Positions 38,999 through 48,388 of a stretch of 64,000 nucleotides of DNA are shown one piece after another. A program made the position numbers and the translations under genes. Positions within the stretch are counted from its first letter, which is position 1, and every line of letters begins with the position of its first letter. The stretch comes from Terriglobia bacterium. GTDB taxonomy: Bacteria > Acidobacteriota > Polarisedimenticolia > Polarisedimenticolales > JAIQFR01. The notes beneath the pieces were generated by a model that saw nothing but the letters and a program-made list of their open reading frames with translations, did no database searches and was not told the DNA's origin. Where the stretch lies: assembly GCA_963748015.1 (NCBI GenBank), contig CAVVHE010000008.1, positions 640,001 to 704,000 on the forward strand, read 5' to 3'.

Positions 38999-40104
38999 CG
39001 GCCGACGCGCCCTTCTTCGATCCGAAGACGGTCGCGACCCTCGTTGCCCGCATTCGCGAGACCGCCGAGGCGCTCACCCGGCGGGTCGTTCTCATGGAGG
39101 TCTGCGGCACGCATACCCACGCGATCGCGGCCGCGGGCCTGCGCCGCCTCCTGCCCCCCGGCGTCCGGTTGATCTCGGGGCCGGGGTGCCCGGTGTGCGT
39201 CACGCCGGTGGACTACATGGACCGCGCCGAGGCGCTCTCGGCGCTTCCGGACACGATCGTGACCACCTTCGGCGACCTCATGCGGGTCCCGTCGAGCCGC
39301 GGGAGCCTCGAGCGGGCGAGGGCGAGAGGCGCGAGGATCGAGATCGTCTATTCGCCGCGCGACGCCCTCGACATCGCGCGCGCGGAGCCGAAGTCCCGCG
39401 TGATCTTCCTGGCGGTCGGGTTCGAGACGACGGCCCCCACCATCGTCGCGGCGGTCGAGGAGGCGGAGCGGCTCGGCATCCCGAACTTCCTGATCCTGCC
39501 CGGCAACAAGATCGTTCCCCCGCCGCTCCGGGCGCTCGCGAGCGACCCCGAGGTGCAGGTCAACGGCGTGCTCCTCCCCGGGCACGTCTCGGTCGTGACC
39601 GGCGCCTTGGAGTTCGAGTTCCTCGCGAAGGAATTCGGCGTCCCGTCCGCCGTCGTCGGGTTCACCCCCGCCGACGTGCTGCGCGGCGTGCTGGAGCTGG
39701 CGGAACAGCTTCGGGATGGGCGGGCCGAGGTCGCGAACCTCTACGGCCGCGTCGTGACGGCGGAGGGGAACCTCCACGCGCGCGCGCTCCTCGACAAGTT
39801 CTTCGAGCCGGCCGACACGGCGTGGCGCGGCCTCGGGCGCATCCCGCTCTCGGGCTTGGCGCTTCGCCCCGCGTGGGCGCACCGCGACGCGTCGCGGATC
39901 GCCGTCGAGCTGCCGGAGCCGGTGGAGCCCGCGGGGTGCCGGTGCGGCGAGGTGCTGAAGGGCACGATCGATCCGCCGGAATGCCCGCTCTTCGCGGGCG
40001 ACTGCACGCCGGAGACCCCCGTCGGCGCGTGCATGGTCTCGAGCGAGGGGACCTGCGCCGCCTGGTACCGGCACGACCGCTGGGCCGCCGGGGCGCGTTC
40101 TTGA
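38995..40104 (+). CDS. hypD: Hydrogenase maturation factor HypD
   Basis: MEVCGTHTH, GPGCPVC, GFETTAP, PGHVS, CMVSSEGTC. Confidence 0.95.
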   Translation: MTADAPFFDPKTVATLVARIRETAEALTRRVVLMEVCGTHTHAIAAAGLRRLLPPGVRLISGPGCPVCVTPVDYMDRAEALSALPDTIVTTFGDLMRVPSSRGSLERARARGARIEIVYSPRDALDIARAEPKSRVIFLAVGFETTAPTIVAAVEEAERLGIPNFLILPGNKIVPPPLRALASDPEVQVNGVLLPGHVSVVTGALEFEFLAKEFGVPSAVVGFTPADVLRGVLELAEQLRDGRAEVANLYGRVVTAEGNLHARALLDKFFEPADTAWRGLGRIPLSGLALRPAWAHRDASRIAVELPEPVEPAGCRCGEVLKGTIDPPECPLFAGDCTPETPVGACMVSSEGTCAAWYRHDRWAAGARS

Positions 40105-41120
40105 GCGGCCCCGAGAAGATCCTCCTGGCCCACGGGTCGGGAGGACGGCTGACCCACGCCCTCGTGCGGGAGACCTTCCTTCCGGCGTTCGACAATCCGT
40201 TCCTCGCGACCCTCTCCGACAGTGCGATCCTGCCCGAGCTGCCGCCGGGGCGCCCCGCCCTGACCACCGACGCGTTCGTCGTGGACCCGCCGGTCTTTCC
40301 GGGGGGCGACCTCGGCTACCTCTCGATCTGCGGCACGGTCAACGACCTCGCGGTCGCGGGAGCGCGGCCGCTGTGGCTCACCTTCGCGGTGATCCTCGAG
40401 GAGGGTCTCTCGGGCGAGCTGCTCGAGACGTTCGCGCAAGGCGCGGCTCGCGCCGCGGAAGAGGCGGGGGTCCGGGTCGTGGCCGGCGACACGAAGGTCG
40501 TCCCGCAGGGGAAGGGCGACCGCATGTACGCGGTGACGGCGGGTCTCGGCGTGGTTCCCCCGGGCCGGGAGCTTGGCGACCACCGGATCCGGCCGGGGGA
40601 CGCCTTGCTGGTCTCCGGAACGCTCGGCGACCACGGCGCGACCGTGATGGCGTGCCGCCATGGGATGGCGGGGCCGGGCCTCAAGTCCGACTGCGCTCCC
40701 ATCGCATCTCTCGTCGAGACGCTGCTCGCATCGGGCGCGGACGTCCACGCGATGCACGACCCCACCCGCGGCGGCGCGGCCGTCACCTGCAACGAGGTGG
40801 CCGGGCGGGCCGGCGTGCGCATCGTCCTCGACGAGGCGCGCCTGCCCGTGCGCGGCGAGGTCTCCGCGATCTCCGAGATGCTCGGGCTCGACCCGCTCTA
40901 CCTCGCCTCCGAGGGCCGCGTCCTCGCCTGGGTCGCCGGCCCCGACGCCGATCGCGCGCTCGACGCCCTCCGTTCCCACCCGCTCGGCCTCGGCGCCGTG
41001 CGGATCGGCGAGGTCACCGCCGCCCCGCCCGGGGCCGTCCCCGTCCTCCTCCGCACCCGGATCGGCGGCGAGCGCCCCGTCGACCTCCTCTCCGGCATGG
41101 ACCTACCGCGCATCTGCTGA
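40101..41120 (+). CDS. hypE: Carbamoyl dehydratase HypE
   Basis: LAHGSGG, GTVNDLA, GDTKVV, DPTRGG, C-terminal LPRIC. Confidence 0.95.
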   Translation: MSGPEKILLAHGSGGRLTHALVRETFLPAFDNPFLATLSDSAILPELPPGRPALTTDAFVVDPPVFPGGDLGYLSICGTVNDLAVAGARPLWLTFAVILEEGLSGELLETFAQGAARAAEEAGVRVVAGDTKVVPQGKGDRMYAVTAGLGVVPPGRELGDHRIRPGDALLVSGTLGDHGATVMACRHGMAGPGLKSDCAPIASLVETLLASGADVHAMHDPTRGGAAVTCNEVAGRAGVRIVLDEARLPVRGEVSAISEMLGLDPLYLASEGRVLAWVAGPDADRALDALRSHPLGLGAVRIGEVTAAPPGAVPVLLRTRIGGERPVDLLSGMDLPRIC

Positions 41121-41149
41121 GCCGTCGCGCTCGCGCCGCCCTCGACCCC

Positions 41150-41400
41150 TTCTCGGTCGGGTCCTCGTCTCGTCCCCTGCCGGATGCGTTCTCGCCAACC
41201 CGAAAAAGGGTTGTCTCCGAACGCATCCGGCAGGGGACGAGACGTCCGGCTTCGTTCGAGTTGGTTCCGGATCCGGACGGAGACACCCCCACGGTCGCAG
41301 TACCACGCGCGAGGACGAGGCGGCATGGGTTCGGAGACGGCCCTTTTCCGGGCCGGCGAGAACCCATGCCGCCTCGTCCTCGCGGCTCGAGTGTCCCGGG
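41150..41400. mobile_element. Composite two-hairpin element (BIME/MITE-like) containing repeat copies 4 and 5
   Basis: Hairpin 41166-41244 (+ core, 26-bp arms), ~63-nt linker, hairpin 41308-41384 (- core, 25-bp arms); similar along its length to 43662-43920. Mobility is inferred. Confidence 0.6.
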
Positions 41401-41418
41401 TCTCGGTTCGGCTATGCG

Positions 41419-42951
41419 TCAGTGCGACGGCGCGGACGGGAGAGGGGGGAGCGGTTCGCGGGTGTAGCGGCCGGAGGCGAGGTCGAGGAGCGTGCGGTAG
41501 GCGACGCGGGCCTCGGATTCGAGGAGGGCGCCGCTCAGCGTGTCGGGGCGGTCGGACGGGAGGTGCAGGTGGTCGTAGGCGTGCGTCGCGGCGAAGTAGA
41601 GGGTGGGGACACCGGCCTCGCGGAACGGGGTCGCGTCGGCGCCGCCGCCGCCCCAGGTCTCGTCGGTCATCGCGACACCAAGGACGCGGGCGCTCTCTCG
41701 CGCGAGCTTCCAGAGCGCGGGCGCGTCCTTGCCTCCGCCCGCCTGCACCGCGTCGCCGAAGCCGATGCAGTCGAGGTTCACCATCGCGACGGTGCGGTCG
41801 AGCGGGAAGGGGGGCGAGGCGGCGTACTTGCGGGCGCCGTCGAGGGAGTGCTCCTCGGAGGAGAAGAGGACGAACACGACGGTGCGCGGAAGGCGCGGGC
41901 CCCGTGCGAGCGCTTCGGCCAGGGCAACGACCGCGGCCGAGCCCGAGGCGTTGTCGTTCGCGCCCGGGTAGACGACGCGGCCGGCCTGGCTGCCGACGTG
42001 GTCGAGATGCGCGCCGACCACGACGAACTCCTCGGCGGCCCCGGAATTCTCGCCGCGAAGGACCCCGACGACGTTCATCGCGGGTGCCTCTCTCCGGTAC
42101 TCTGCCCGGATGTCGAGCCGGGCGGTCGCGCGAAGGGGGAGGGAACCGGGGCGCTTCGCCGTCTCGATCCCGGACTCGAGGTCCTCGAGCGTGCGCCCGG
42201 TGCCGGCGAGCAGGTCCTCCGCGACGGCGGTTCCCACGTGAACGACCGGGAAGAGATCGTCTCTCTCGCCCTTTCCGTCCAGCAGGCTGCCGATCGGCTT
42301 CTGCGCGGGGGCCGGCTTCGGCGCGGACACGAGGAGCAGGCCGACGGCCCCGTGATCCGCGGCGGCTCGGGCCTTGGCGCGCGGGAGATCCGCCCCGGCC
42401 CAGTCCGCCCCGTCGATCTTCCACGACGGGGCGCCCTTGAACACGAGCGCGATCTTTCCCCGAACGTCGGTGTCGGAGTAGTCGTCGTAGCCACGACCGG
42501 GAATCGAGAGCCCCCAGCCTGCGAAGACCACGGGCGCGGCGAGGGTGGCCGAGCCGGTCAGGACGCGGCAGGCGTAGTCCTCGCCGAGGCGGTACTCGCG
42601 GACGCCCGACGCGTTTTCGACCGAGAGGTCGCAGCGCTCGATCCGGCTCGACTCGACGGTGAGATGCTGGAAGTAGCCGCCGTCCCCGCCGGGCTCGAGG
42701 CCCGCCGCGGCGAAGCGGTCGGCGACGTGCCGCGCCGCGCGGTCGTAACCCTCCGTGCCGGGCAGGCGGCCGTCCATCTCCGGAGAGGCGAGGATCCCGA
42801 CCGTGCGGAGCAGCTCGGCGCGCGAGAGCGACGGGTCGGCAGCCGGCGCGCTCACGGGTTGCCGGCCGCCGCAGGCGGAAGCGGCCATCAGCGCGGCGAC
42901 GGCGGCGACACGCACGACGCGACGGGGGATGCGGGGGCACGGTGAATTCAC
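41419..42951 (-). CDS. M28 family peptidase with PA domain (lipoprotein)
   Basis: ASAC lipobox, GAHLDH, GANDNASG, SEEHSLDG, NLDCIG, HLHLPSD. Confidence 0.9.
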   Translation of the reverse strand: MNSPCPRIPRRVVRVAAVAALMAASACGGRQPVSAPAADPSLSRAELLRTVGILASPEMDGRLPGTEGYDRAARHVADRFAAAGLEPGGDGGYFQHLTVESSRIERCDLSVENASGVREYRLGEDYACRVLTGSATLAAPVVFAGWGLSIPGRGYDDYSDTDVRGKIALVFKGAPSWKIDGADWAGADLPRAKARAAADHGAVGLLLVSAPKPAPAQKPIGSLLDGKGERDDLFPVVHVGTAVAEDLLAGTGRTLEDLESGIETAKRPGSLPLRATARLDIRAEYRREAPAMNVVGVLRGENSGAAEEFVVVGAHLDHVGSQAGRVVYPGANDNASGSAAVVALAEALARGPRLPRTVVFVLFSSEEHSLDGARKYAASPPFPLDRTVAMVNLDCIGFGDAVQAGGGKDAPALWKLARESARVLGVAMTDETWGGGGADATPFREAGVPTLYFAATHAYDHLHLPSDRPDTLSGALLESEARVAYRTLLDLASGRYTREPLPPLPSAPSH

Positions 42952-43043
42952 GAGGGGATAGGATGCCCCGGGGAGCGCTGCTTCCGCAAGCGGCTTGCCT
43001 GGCTGGCGCCGATGTGGTTCTTTAGGGGGGCGGAGGAGAGACG

Positions 43044-43547
43044 ATGCCGATCTACGAGTTCTACTGTCGCGACTGCCACACGGTGTTCAGCTTCCTGTCG
43101 CGCGGCGTGAACCCGGGGAAGCGGCCCGCCTGTCCCCGCTGCGGGCTCGCCAATCTGCCGCGCCGCCCTTCGGCGTTCGCGATCTCGAAGGGGCGCAAGG
43201 AGGCCGAGGACGGCGGCGAGGAGGGCCTGCCCGACTTCGACGAGGCCAAGCTCGAGCGCGCCATGTCGTCCATGGCGGGCGAGATGGAAGGCCTCGACGA
43301 GAGCGACCCGCGCCAGGCCGCCCGCCTTGCGCGGAAGCTCTACGAGGCGGCCGGGATCCCGGTCGGGGGCGGTCTCGAAGAGGCGATCCGGCGCATGGAG
43401 GCGGGGGAAGACCCCGAGGCCGTCGAGGCCGAGATGGGCGACGTCCTCGACGCCGACCCCTTCGCGGCCACCCCCGAGAAACGCCTCGCGCGCCTCCGCC
43501 GCAAGATGCTCCCCGCCGCCGTGGACACGACCCTCTACGAGCTTTGA
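43044..43547 (+). CDS. FmdB-family zinc-ribbon protein
   Basis: MPIYEFYCRDC...CPRCG; acidic C-terminus; GGAGGAG RBS. Confidence 0.88.
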   Translation: MPIYEFYCRDCHTVFSFLSRGVNPGKRPACPRCGLANLPRRPSAFAISKGRKEAEDGGEEGLPDFDEAKLERAMSSMAGEMEGLDESDPRQAARLARKLYEAAGIPVGGGLEEAIRRMEAGEDPEAVEAEMGDVLDADPFAATPEKRLARLRRKMLPAAVDTTLYEL

Positions 43548-43574
43548 CCTCCGTCCGCAACCGCGTGCCGGCGC

Positions 43575-43920
43575 TTTCTCGGCCGGGCCCTCGTCTCGTC
43601 CCCCGGCCGGATGCGTTCTCGCCAACCCGAAAAAGGGATGTCTCCGAACGCGTTCCGCCGATTTCTCGGCCAGGTCCTCGTCTCGTCCCACGGCCGGATG
43701 CGTTCTCGCCAACCCGAAAAAGGGTTGTCTCCGAACGCATCCGGCCGGGGGACGAGACGTGCGCTTCGTTCGGGCTGAGTTCCGGATCATCCGGATGGAG
43801 ACACCCCACGCGGTTGCTGCCACCACACGCGAGGACGAGCCTGCATGGGTTCGTAGACGGCCCTTTTTCGGGTCGGCGAGAACCCATGCAGGCTCGTCCT
43901 CGCGGCCCGAGTGTCCGGGG
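43575..43920. mobile_element. Composite hairpin element with an 87-bp tandem duplication (repeat copies 6, 7, 8)
   Basis: 43592-43651 (truncated), 43679-43759 (27-bp arms, + core), 43828-43904 (25-bp arms, - core); linker similar to 41245-41307. Confidence 0.6.
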
Positions 43921-43961
43921 TACGACGCCGAGACCGAGGACGGCAGGGGGCACGAGGGGAT

Positions 43962-44555
43962 CTAGCGGGTGCCGGCGGCGGCGGCGGCGCGGCCGGCCTC
44001 GAAGGCGTCGAGGTTGACCTTGCGCACCTTGGCCGGAACCAGGGCCCCGATCGCTTCCCGCCAGGCGTCCTCGCCGAAGTCGAGGTGCCGCGAGAGGGCG
44101 CCGATCATCACGACGTTGACCACGCGCACGTTCCCGAGATGCGTCGCGATCTCGAGAGCGGGGACCAGGTCGAGGCGCGGAAACGTGGCCCGGAGCTTCC
44201 CGTCGAGGTCCTCGGGCCACACGGACTGTCCCGTGGTGACGGTGACGGGGCGGATCTCCTGCTCGTTCACCACGGCGAAGCCGCCCGGCTTGAGCTCGTG
44301 GGAGAACCGCAGCGCCTCGACCTTCTCGAACGACACGAGGAAGTCCGAGGTGCCCGTGGCGATCAGCGGGGAGGGAACGCGGTCGCCGATCCGGACCTGG
44401 CCGACGACGCTCCCGCCGCGCTGGGCCATCCCGTGGACCTCGCTCTTCTTGACGTCCTTCCCGCGGAGTAGGGCCACCTTGCAGAGGATCTCGCCCGCGA
44501 GGAGGATCCCCTGGCCGCCGACGCCCACCAGGGACACGTTGAGGATCGCGCTCAT
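43962..44555 (-). CDS. iorB: Indolepyruvate:ferredoxin oxidoreductase beta subunit
   Basis: VGVGGQGI, SEVHGMAQRGGSV, FEKVEALR. Confidence 0.93.
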   Translation of the reverse strand: MSAILNVSLVGVGGQGILLAGEILCKVALLRGKDVKKSEVHGMAQRGGSVVGQVRIGDRVPSPLIATGTSDFLVSFEKVEALRFSHELKPGGFAVVNEQEIRPVTVTTGQSVWPEDLDGKLRATFPRLDLVPALEIATHLGNVRVVNVVMIGALSRHLDFGEDAWREAIGALVPAKVRKVNLDAFEAGRAAAAAGTR

Positions 44556-46336
44556 GACGGCACCTTCTCGCTGACCGCCTCGAGGCGGCAGACCTGCACG
44601 CACATGCCGCAGCCCACGCAGAGCACGTCGTTGATCCGGACCTTGTGCTTCCCGGTCGCCTCGGCGACCGCGTCGGACGTCTCCATCGCGGGACAGCCGA
44701 GGCGGAGGCACGCGCCGCATCCCGAGCACTTGTCCGGCTCGATCTCGTACCGCTCCTCGATCTGGATCCGCGCCCCCAGGACGCAGGCCCGGCGGCTGAC
44801 CACGACGGACGGCTCGGGGGTGTCCAGCTCCTCCTTGAGGGCCTGATAGGTCGCCTCGAGGTCGTACGGGTCCACGACGCGGACCCGCTTGACACCGAGG
44901 CCGTGCGCGACGTCCTCGATCTTCGTCTCGGGGGCCTCGGCGCCCATCAGCGTCTTGCCGGTTCCGGGATGCTGCTGGTGGCCGGTCATCGCCGTCGTGC
45001 GGTTGTCGAGCACCACCACCGTCCCGTGGCTGTTGTTGTAGACCATGTTCAGGAGGCCGGTGATGCCGGAATGGAAGAAGGTGCTGTCGCCGATCACCGA
45101 GGCGATCCGGCCGCGCTGGCCGGCCTTCTCCATCCCGTGCGCGTTCGTCACGCTCGCCCCCATGCAGACGATCGTGTCCATCGCGTCCAGCGGGGCGAAG
45201 GCGCCGAGCGAGTAGCAGCCGATGTCGCCGGTCACGATCGCGCGCAAACGGTGCAATGCGTAGAACACGCCGCGATGCGAGCAGCCCGGGCAGAGGACCG
45301 GCGGCCGCGCGGGGAGGCCGGACATCGGCGCCGGCAGGGGGGAGGGCTCGCGCCCCGCGACCTCGGCCGCGAGGTCGGCCAGCCGGTCCGGGTTGAGCTC
45401 GCCGATACGGAGCGAGTGCCGGGGCTTCTCGACGCGGATGCCGAGACCGACGATCTGCTCCTCGAGGTAGGCGTCCCCTTCCTCGACGACGTAGAGCTTC
45501 TCGACCGAGGCGGCGAACTCGCGCAGCAGGCGCTCGGGGAGCGGATGGGTCATGCCGAGCTTCAGGATCGAAGCGCCCGGAAAGGCCTCCCTCGCGTAGC
45601 CGTACCCGATGCCCGAGGTCACGATCCCGACCTTGTCGCCGCGCTCGATCTTCTGGAAGGCGCTGCGCTCCGCGTACTCCGCCAGCCGGTGGAGCTTCTC
45701 CTCGAGGCGGACCCTCATCACCTTCGCGTACATCGGCACGGGAATGGTCTTCGAGATGTCCTTCGTGTAATTGCGGTCGCCGCGGGGCTTCCGCTCGAAC
45801 GCGCCGAGGTCCACGACGCCGGAGGAGTGCGAGACGCGGGTCGTCGTCCGGACGAGCACCGGGACCTCGAACTCCTCGGAGAGATCGAGGGCGGTCCGGA
45901 CCATGTCGTAGCAGTCCTGGCTGTCGGACGGCTCGAACATCGGCATCTTGCCGAACCGGGCGACGTGCCGGTTGTCCTGCTCGTTCTGCGAGCTGTGCAT
46001 GCCGGGGTCGTCGGCCGTCACGACGACCATCCCGCCGTTCGCGCCGATGTAGGCGAAGGTCATGAGCGGATCCATCGCGACGTTGAGCCCGACGTGCTTC
46101 ATCGCGGTGAGGCACCGGGCGCCGGCGAACGAGGCCCCGATGACCACTTCCATCCCGACCTTCTCGTTGACCGCCCACTCGCAGTAGATCTCCTTGAACT
46201 TCGCGACGTTCTCGAGGATCTCGGTGCTCGGCGTTCCGGGGTAGGCGGAGGCGACCTCGACGCCGCCGGCGAATGCCGCATGGGCGATGGCCTCGTTGCC
46301 GGAGAGGACCTTTCGGCTGGTGGTGGTGTCCGACAT
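44552..46336 (-). CDS. iorA: Indolepyruvate:ferredoxin oxidoreductase alpha subunit
   Basis: GNEAIA, YPGTPSTE, KHVGLNVA, CPGCSH, GDSTFFHSG, C-terminal 2x[4Fe-4S] motifs. Confidence 0.95.
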   Translation of the reverse strand: MSDTTTSRKVLSGNEAIAHAAFAGGVEVASAYPGTPSTEILENVAKFKEIYCEWAVNEKVGMEVVIGASFAGARCLTAMKHVGLNVAMDPLMTFAYIGANGGMVVVTADDPGMHSSQNEQDNRHVARFGKMPMFEPSDSQDCYDMVRTALDLSEEFEVPVLVRTTTRVSHSSGVVDLGAFERKPRGDRNYTKDISKTIPVPMYAKVMRVRLEEKLHRLAEYAERSAFQKIERGDKVGIVTSGIGYGYAREAFPGASILKLGMTHPLPERLLREFAASVEKLYVVEEGDAYLEEQIVGLGIRVEKPRHSLRIGELNPDRLADLAAEVAGREPSPLPAPMSGLPARPPVLCPGCSHRGVFYALHRLRAIVTGDIGCYSLGAFAPLDAMDTIVCMGASVTNAHGMEKAGQRGRIASVIGDSTFFHSGITGLLNMVYNNSHGTVVVLDNRTTAMTGHQQHPGTGKTLMGAEAPETKIEDVAHGLGVKRVRVVDPYDLEATYQALKEELDTPEPSVVVSRRACVLGARIQIEERYEIEPDKCSGCGACLRLGCPAMETSDAVAEATGKHKVRINDVLCVGCGMCVQVCRLEAVSEKVPS

Positions 46337-46469
46337 GGGCGTTCCTTCATCGGTGGGCCCGGGTGGCCCCGGGCGGAGTGAGGCCCATCGTAGCAGAGGG
46401 TCGGGGGAAGAAACAGGGCGCCGGCGGGCCGCGCGGACGCGGGAAGGGGAGGAGGTGGCGGGAGTGAAG

Positions 46470-46512
46470 AACAAAGAAAACCCCGGGCGCCGGACCGATC
46501 CGGCACCCGGGG
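46470..46512 (-). terminator. Rho-independent terminator
   Basis: On the - strand a 14-bp GC stem followed by TTTTCTTTGTT, about 20 nt after the stop at 46533. Confidence 0.8.
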
Positions 46513-46532
46513 CTCGAAACCGAGGGACCGGA

Positions 46533-46982
46533 CTAGAGCGGTTCGGAGCGGGACTTGGTGAGGCCCTTCTTCTTGCCCTTGCCCTTGGTCAGCGGGTCCG
46601 ACGCGGCCGCCGTCGGATCGGAGGCCGCCCGGTTGCCGAGCTCCTGGCCGAAGCTGTTGAGGAAGGCGTCGACCTGCGAGGGCGTGAAGATCGCCTGGGG
46701 ATTCTGGGTGGTAACCTTGAGTCCCAGCGCCGACGCGATGGACGCCACCGACCCTTCGGTCAGCGTGTTGTCGAACCGCAGCTCGGGCAGCGCATATCCC
46801 GCGGCGCGGAGCGAGCCCGCCGCAGCGGCAGGATCGGCGGCCTCCAGGTGGTGAACTTTCGCGACGGCCACCAGGAACTGCCCGGTCGTCACGTTGTCGG
46901 TTGCGGCGAAGGCGGCGGCTCCGGCCGTGAGCACCACCGCCGCGACCAGGATCGAAACGCAGAGTCTCGGAATTCGATTCAT
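46533..46982 (-). CDS. Small secreted protein
   Basis: Signal peptide ending AFA; basic C-terminus KGKGKKKG; own terminator. Confidence 0.7.
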   Translation of the reverse strand: MNRIPRLCVSILVAAVVLTAGAAAFAATDNVTTGQFLVAVAKVHHLEAADPAAAAGSLRAAGYALPELRFDNTLTEGSVASIASALGLKVTTQNPQAIFTPSQVDAFLNSFGQELGNRAASDPTAAASDPLTKGKGKKKGLTKSRSEPL

Positions 46983-47185
46983 CGCTAGCTCCATCTCCTT
47001 CTGGCGAAAACTCGATAGAAAACAGCGCAACGGCCGATCGCCAAGTCGGGAAGATCGCCACACGCTCCCAGCGGTTCCCCCGAGCCCGGAAATCGGACCG
47101 CGCTTCTATTTACGGTCTCCCCGGGATTTCTGCAAGGGCGAGGCGCCGACAAGAGAGCCAGGCCGCGGTCGGGGCGTCCGCAGGG

Positions 47186-48388
47186 TCACTCCGCCCGGAG
47201 AGCCTCCACGGGGTCGAGGGCCGCGGCCCGGCGGGCGGGGAGGACGCCGCTCAGGAGGCCGACCGTGAGGCTGACGAGGAGCGCCGCGGCCACGAACCGG
47301 AAGGGGGTCTCGACGGGGAGACCGGGAAGGGTGCGGCGCAGGACGGCGGCGAGCCCCAGCCCCACCGCCACCCCGAGCACACCCCCCGACAGCGAAAGGA
47401 CGGAGGCCTCGAAGAGGAACATGGCGAGGATCTGGCCGGGCGCGGCGCCGAGGGCCTTCGCGAGGCCGATCTCGGCGGTTCGCTCGTTCACCGAGATCCA
47501 CATCATGGTCAGGATCCCGATGGCACCCACGACGAGCGAGATCGCCCCGATCCCGGCCACGGCGAACCCGACGATTCCTATGACACGCCCGAGGACGTCG
47601 AGCATCTCCGTCTGCGTGACGATGGTGAAGTCCTCCTCGCCGCCGTGCCGGGCCATCAAGGTCTTGCGGATCCCCGCGACGACGAAGTCGGCGTCGAGGC
47701 GGTTCGAGAAAAGGACGTCGATCTCCACCAGGTCGTCGCGGTTGAAGAGCCGCTGGGCCGAGGCGACCGGGACGTAGGCGGTGTCGTCGAGATCGAAGCT
47801 CAGGAAACGTCCCTTCGGCTCCATGATGCCGATCACCACGAAGCGCCGCCCCCCGATTCGCACGTGCTCGCCGAGCGCGTTCGCCTCGCCGAAGAGCTCG
47901 CGCTTGAGCTTGGGCCCGAGCACCGCGAGGGGGGCCGCCCGCCAGGGGTCTCCGGCCGGCAGGAAGCGGCCCTGCCGGATCCGGAACTTCCAGACGTCCG
48001 GAACGTCCGGCGTGACGCCGTAGACGAACACGCTCCGCCCCCGCTCGCCGGCCTCGACGCGCGCCATCCCCATCGCGAGGGCGACGTACTTCTCGGCCCC
48101 GGGCACGCGCAGGATCTCTCTCGCGTCCCCGAGGGTCAGCTTCCGCACGGTGCCCACGACCGAGCCCGAGATCCCGGTGGTCTTGATCTTGCCCGGCTGG
48201 ATCGCGAGCGTGTTCGTCCCGAACTGGGTGAACTCGGCCATGATGTACGCGCGCGCCCCCTCGCCGATGGACGTCAGCAGGATCACCGAGGCGACGCCGA
48301 TCAGGATCCCGAGCATCGTGAGGCCCGACCGGAGCCGGTGGGCGACGATCGCTCCCCAGGCGAGACGGAGGAGGTCCTTCGAAGTCAT
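47186..48388 (-). CDS. ABC transporter permease (MacB/FtsX-like)
   Basis: RLRSGLTMLGILIGV, ERTAEIGLAKALGA, LDPVEALRAE. Confidence 0.92.
   Translation of the reverse strand: MTSKDLLRLAWGAIVAHRLRSGLTMLGILIGVASVILLTSIGEGARAYIMAEFTQFGTNTLAIQPGKIKTTGISGSVVGTVRKLTLGDAREILRVPGAEKYVALAMGMARVEAGERGRSVFVYGVTPDVPDVWKFRIRQGRFLPAGDPWRAAPLAVLGPKLKRELFGEANALGEHVRIGGRRFVVIGIMEPKGRFLSFDLDDTAYVPVASAQRLFNRDDLVEIDVLFSNRLDADFVVAGIRKTLMARHGGEEDFTIVTQTEMLDVLGRVIGIVGFAVAGIGAISLVVGAIGILTMMWISVNERTAEIGLAKALGAAPGQILAMFLFEASVLSLSGGVLGVAVGLGLAAVLRRTLPGLPVETPFRFVAAALLVSLTVGLLSGVLPARRAAALDPVEALRAE

Noticed and set aside
43575..43920. CRISPR array
   Set aside because: Only 2-3 units, the intervening sequence is itself repeated, orientations are mixed, and no cas genes are present.
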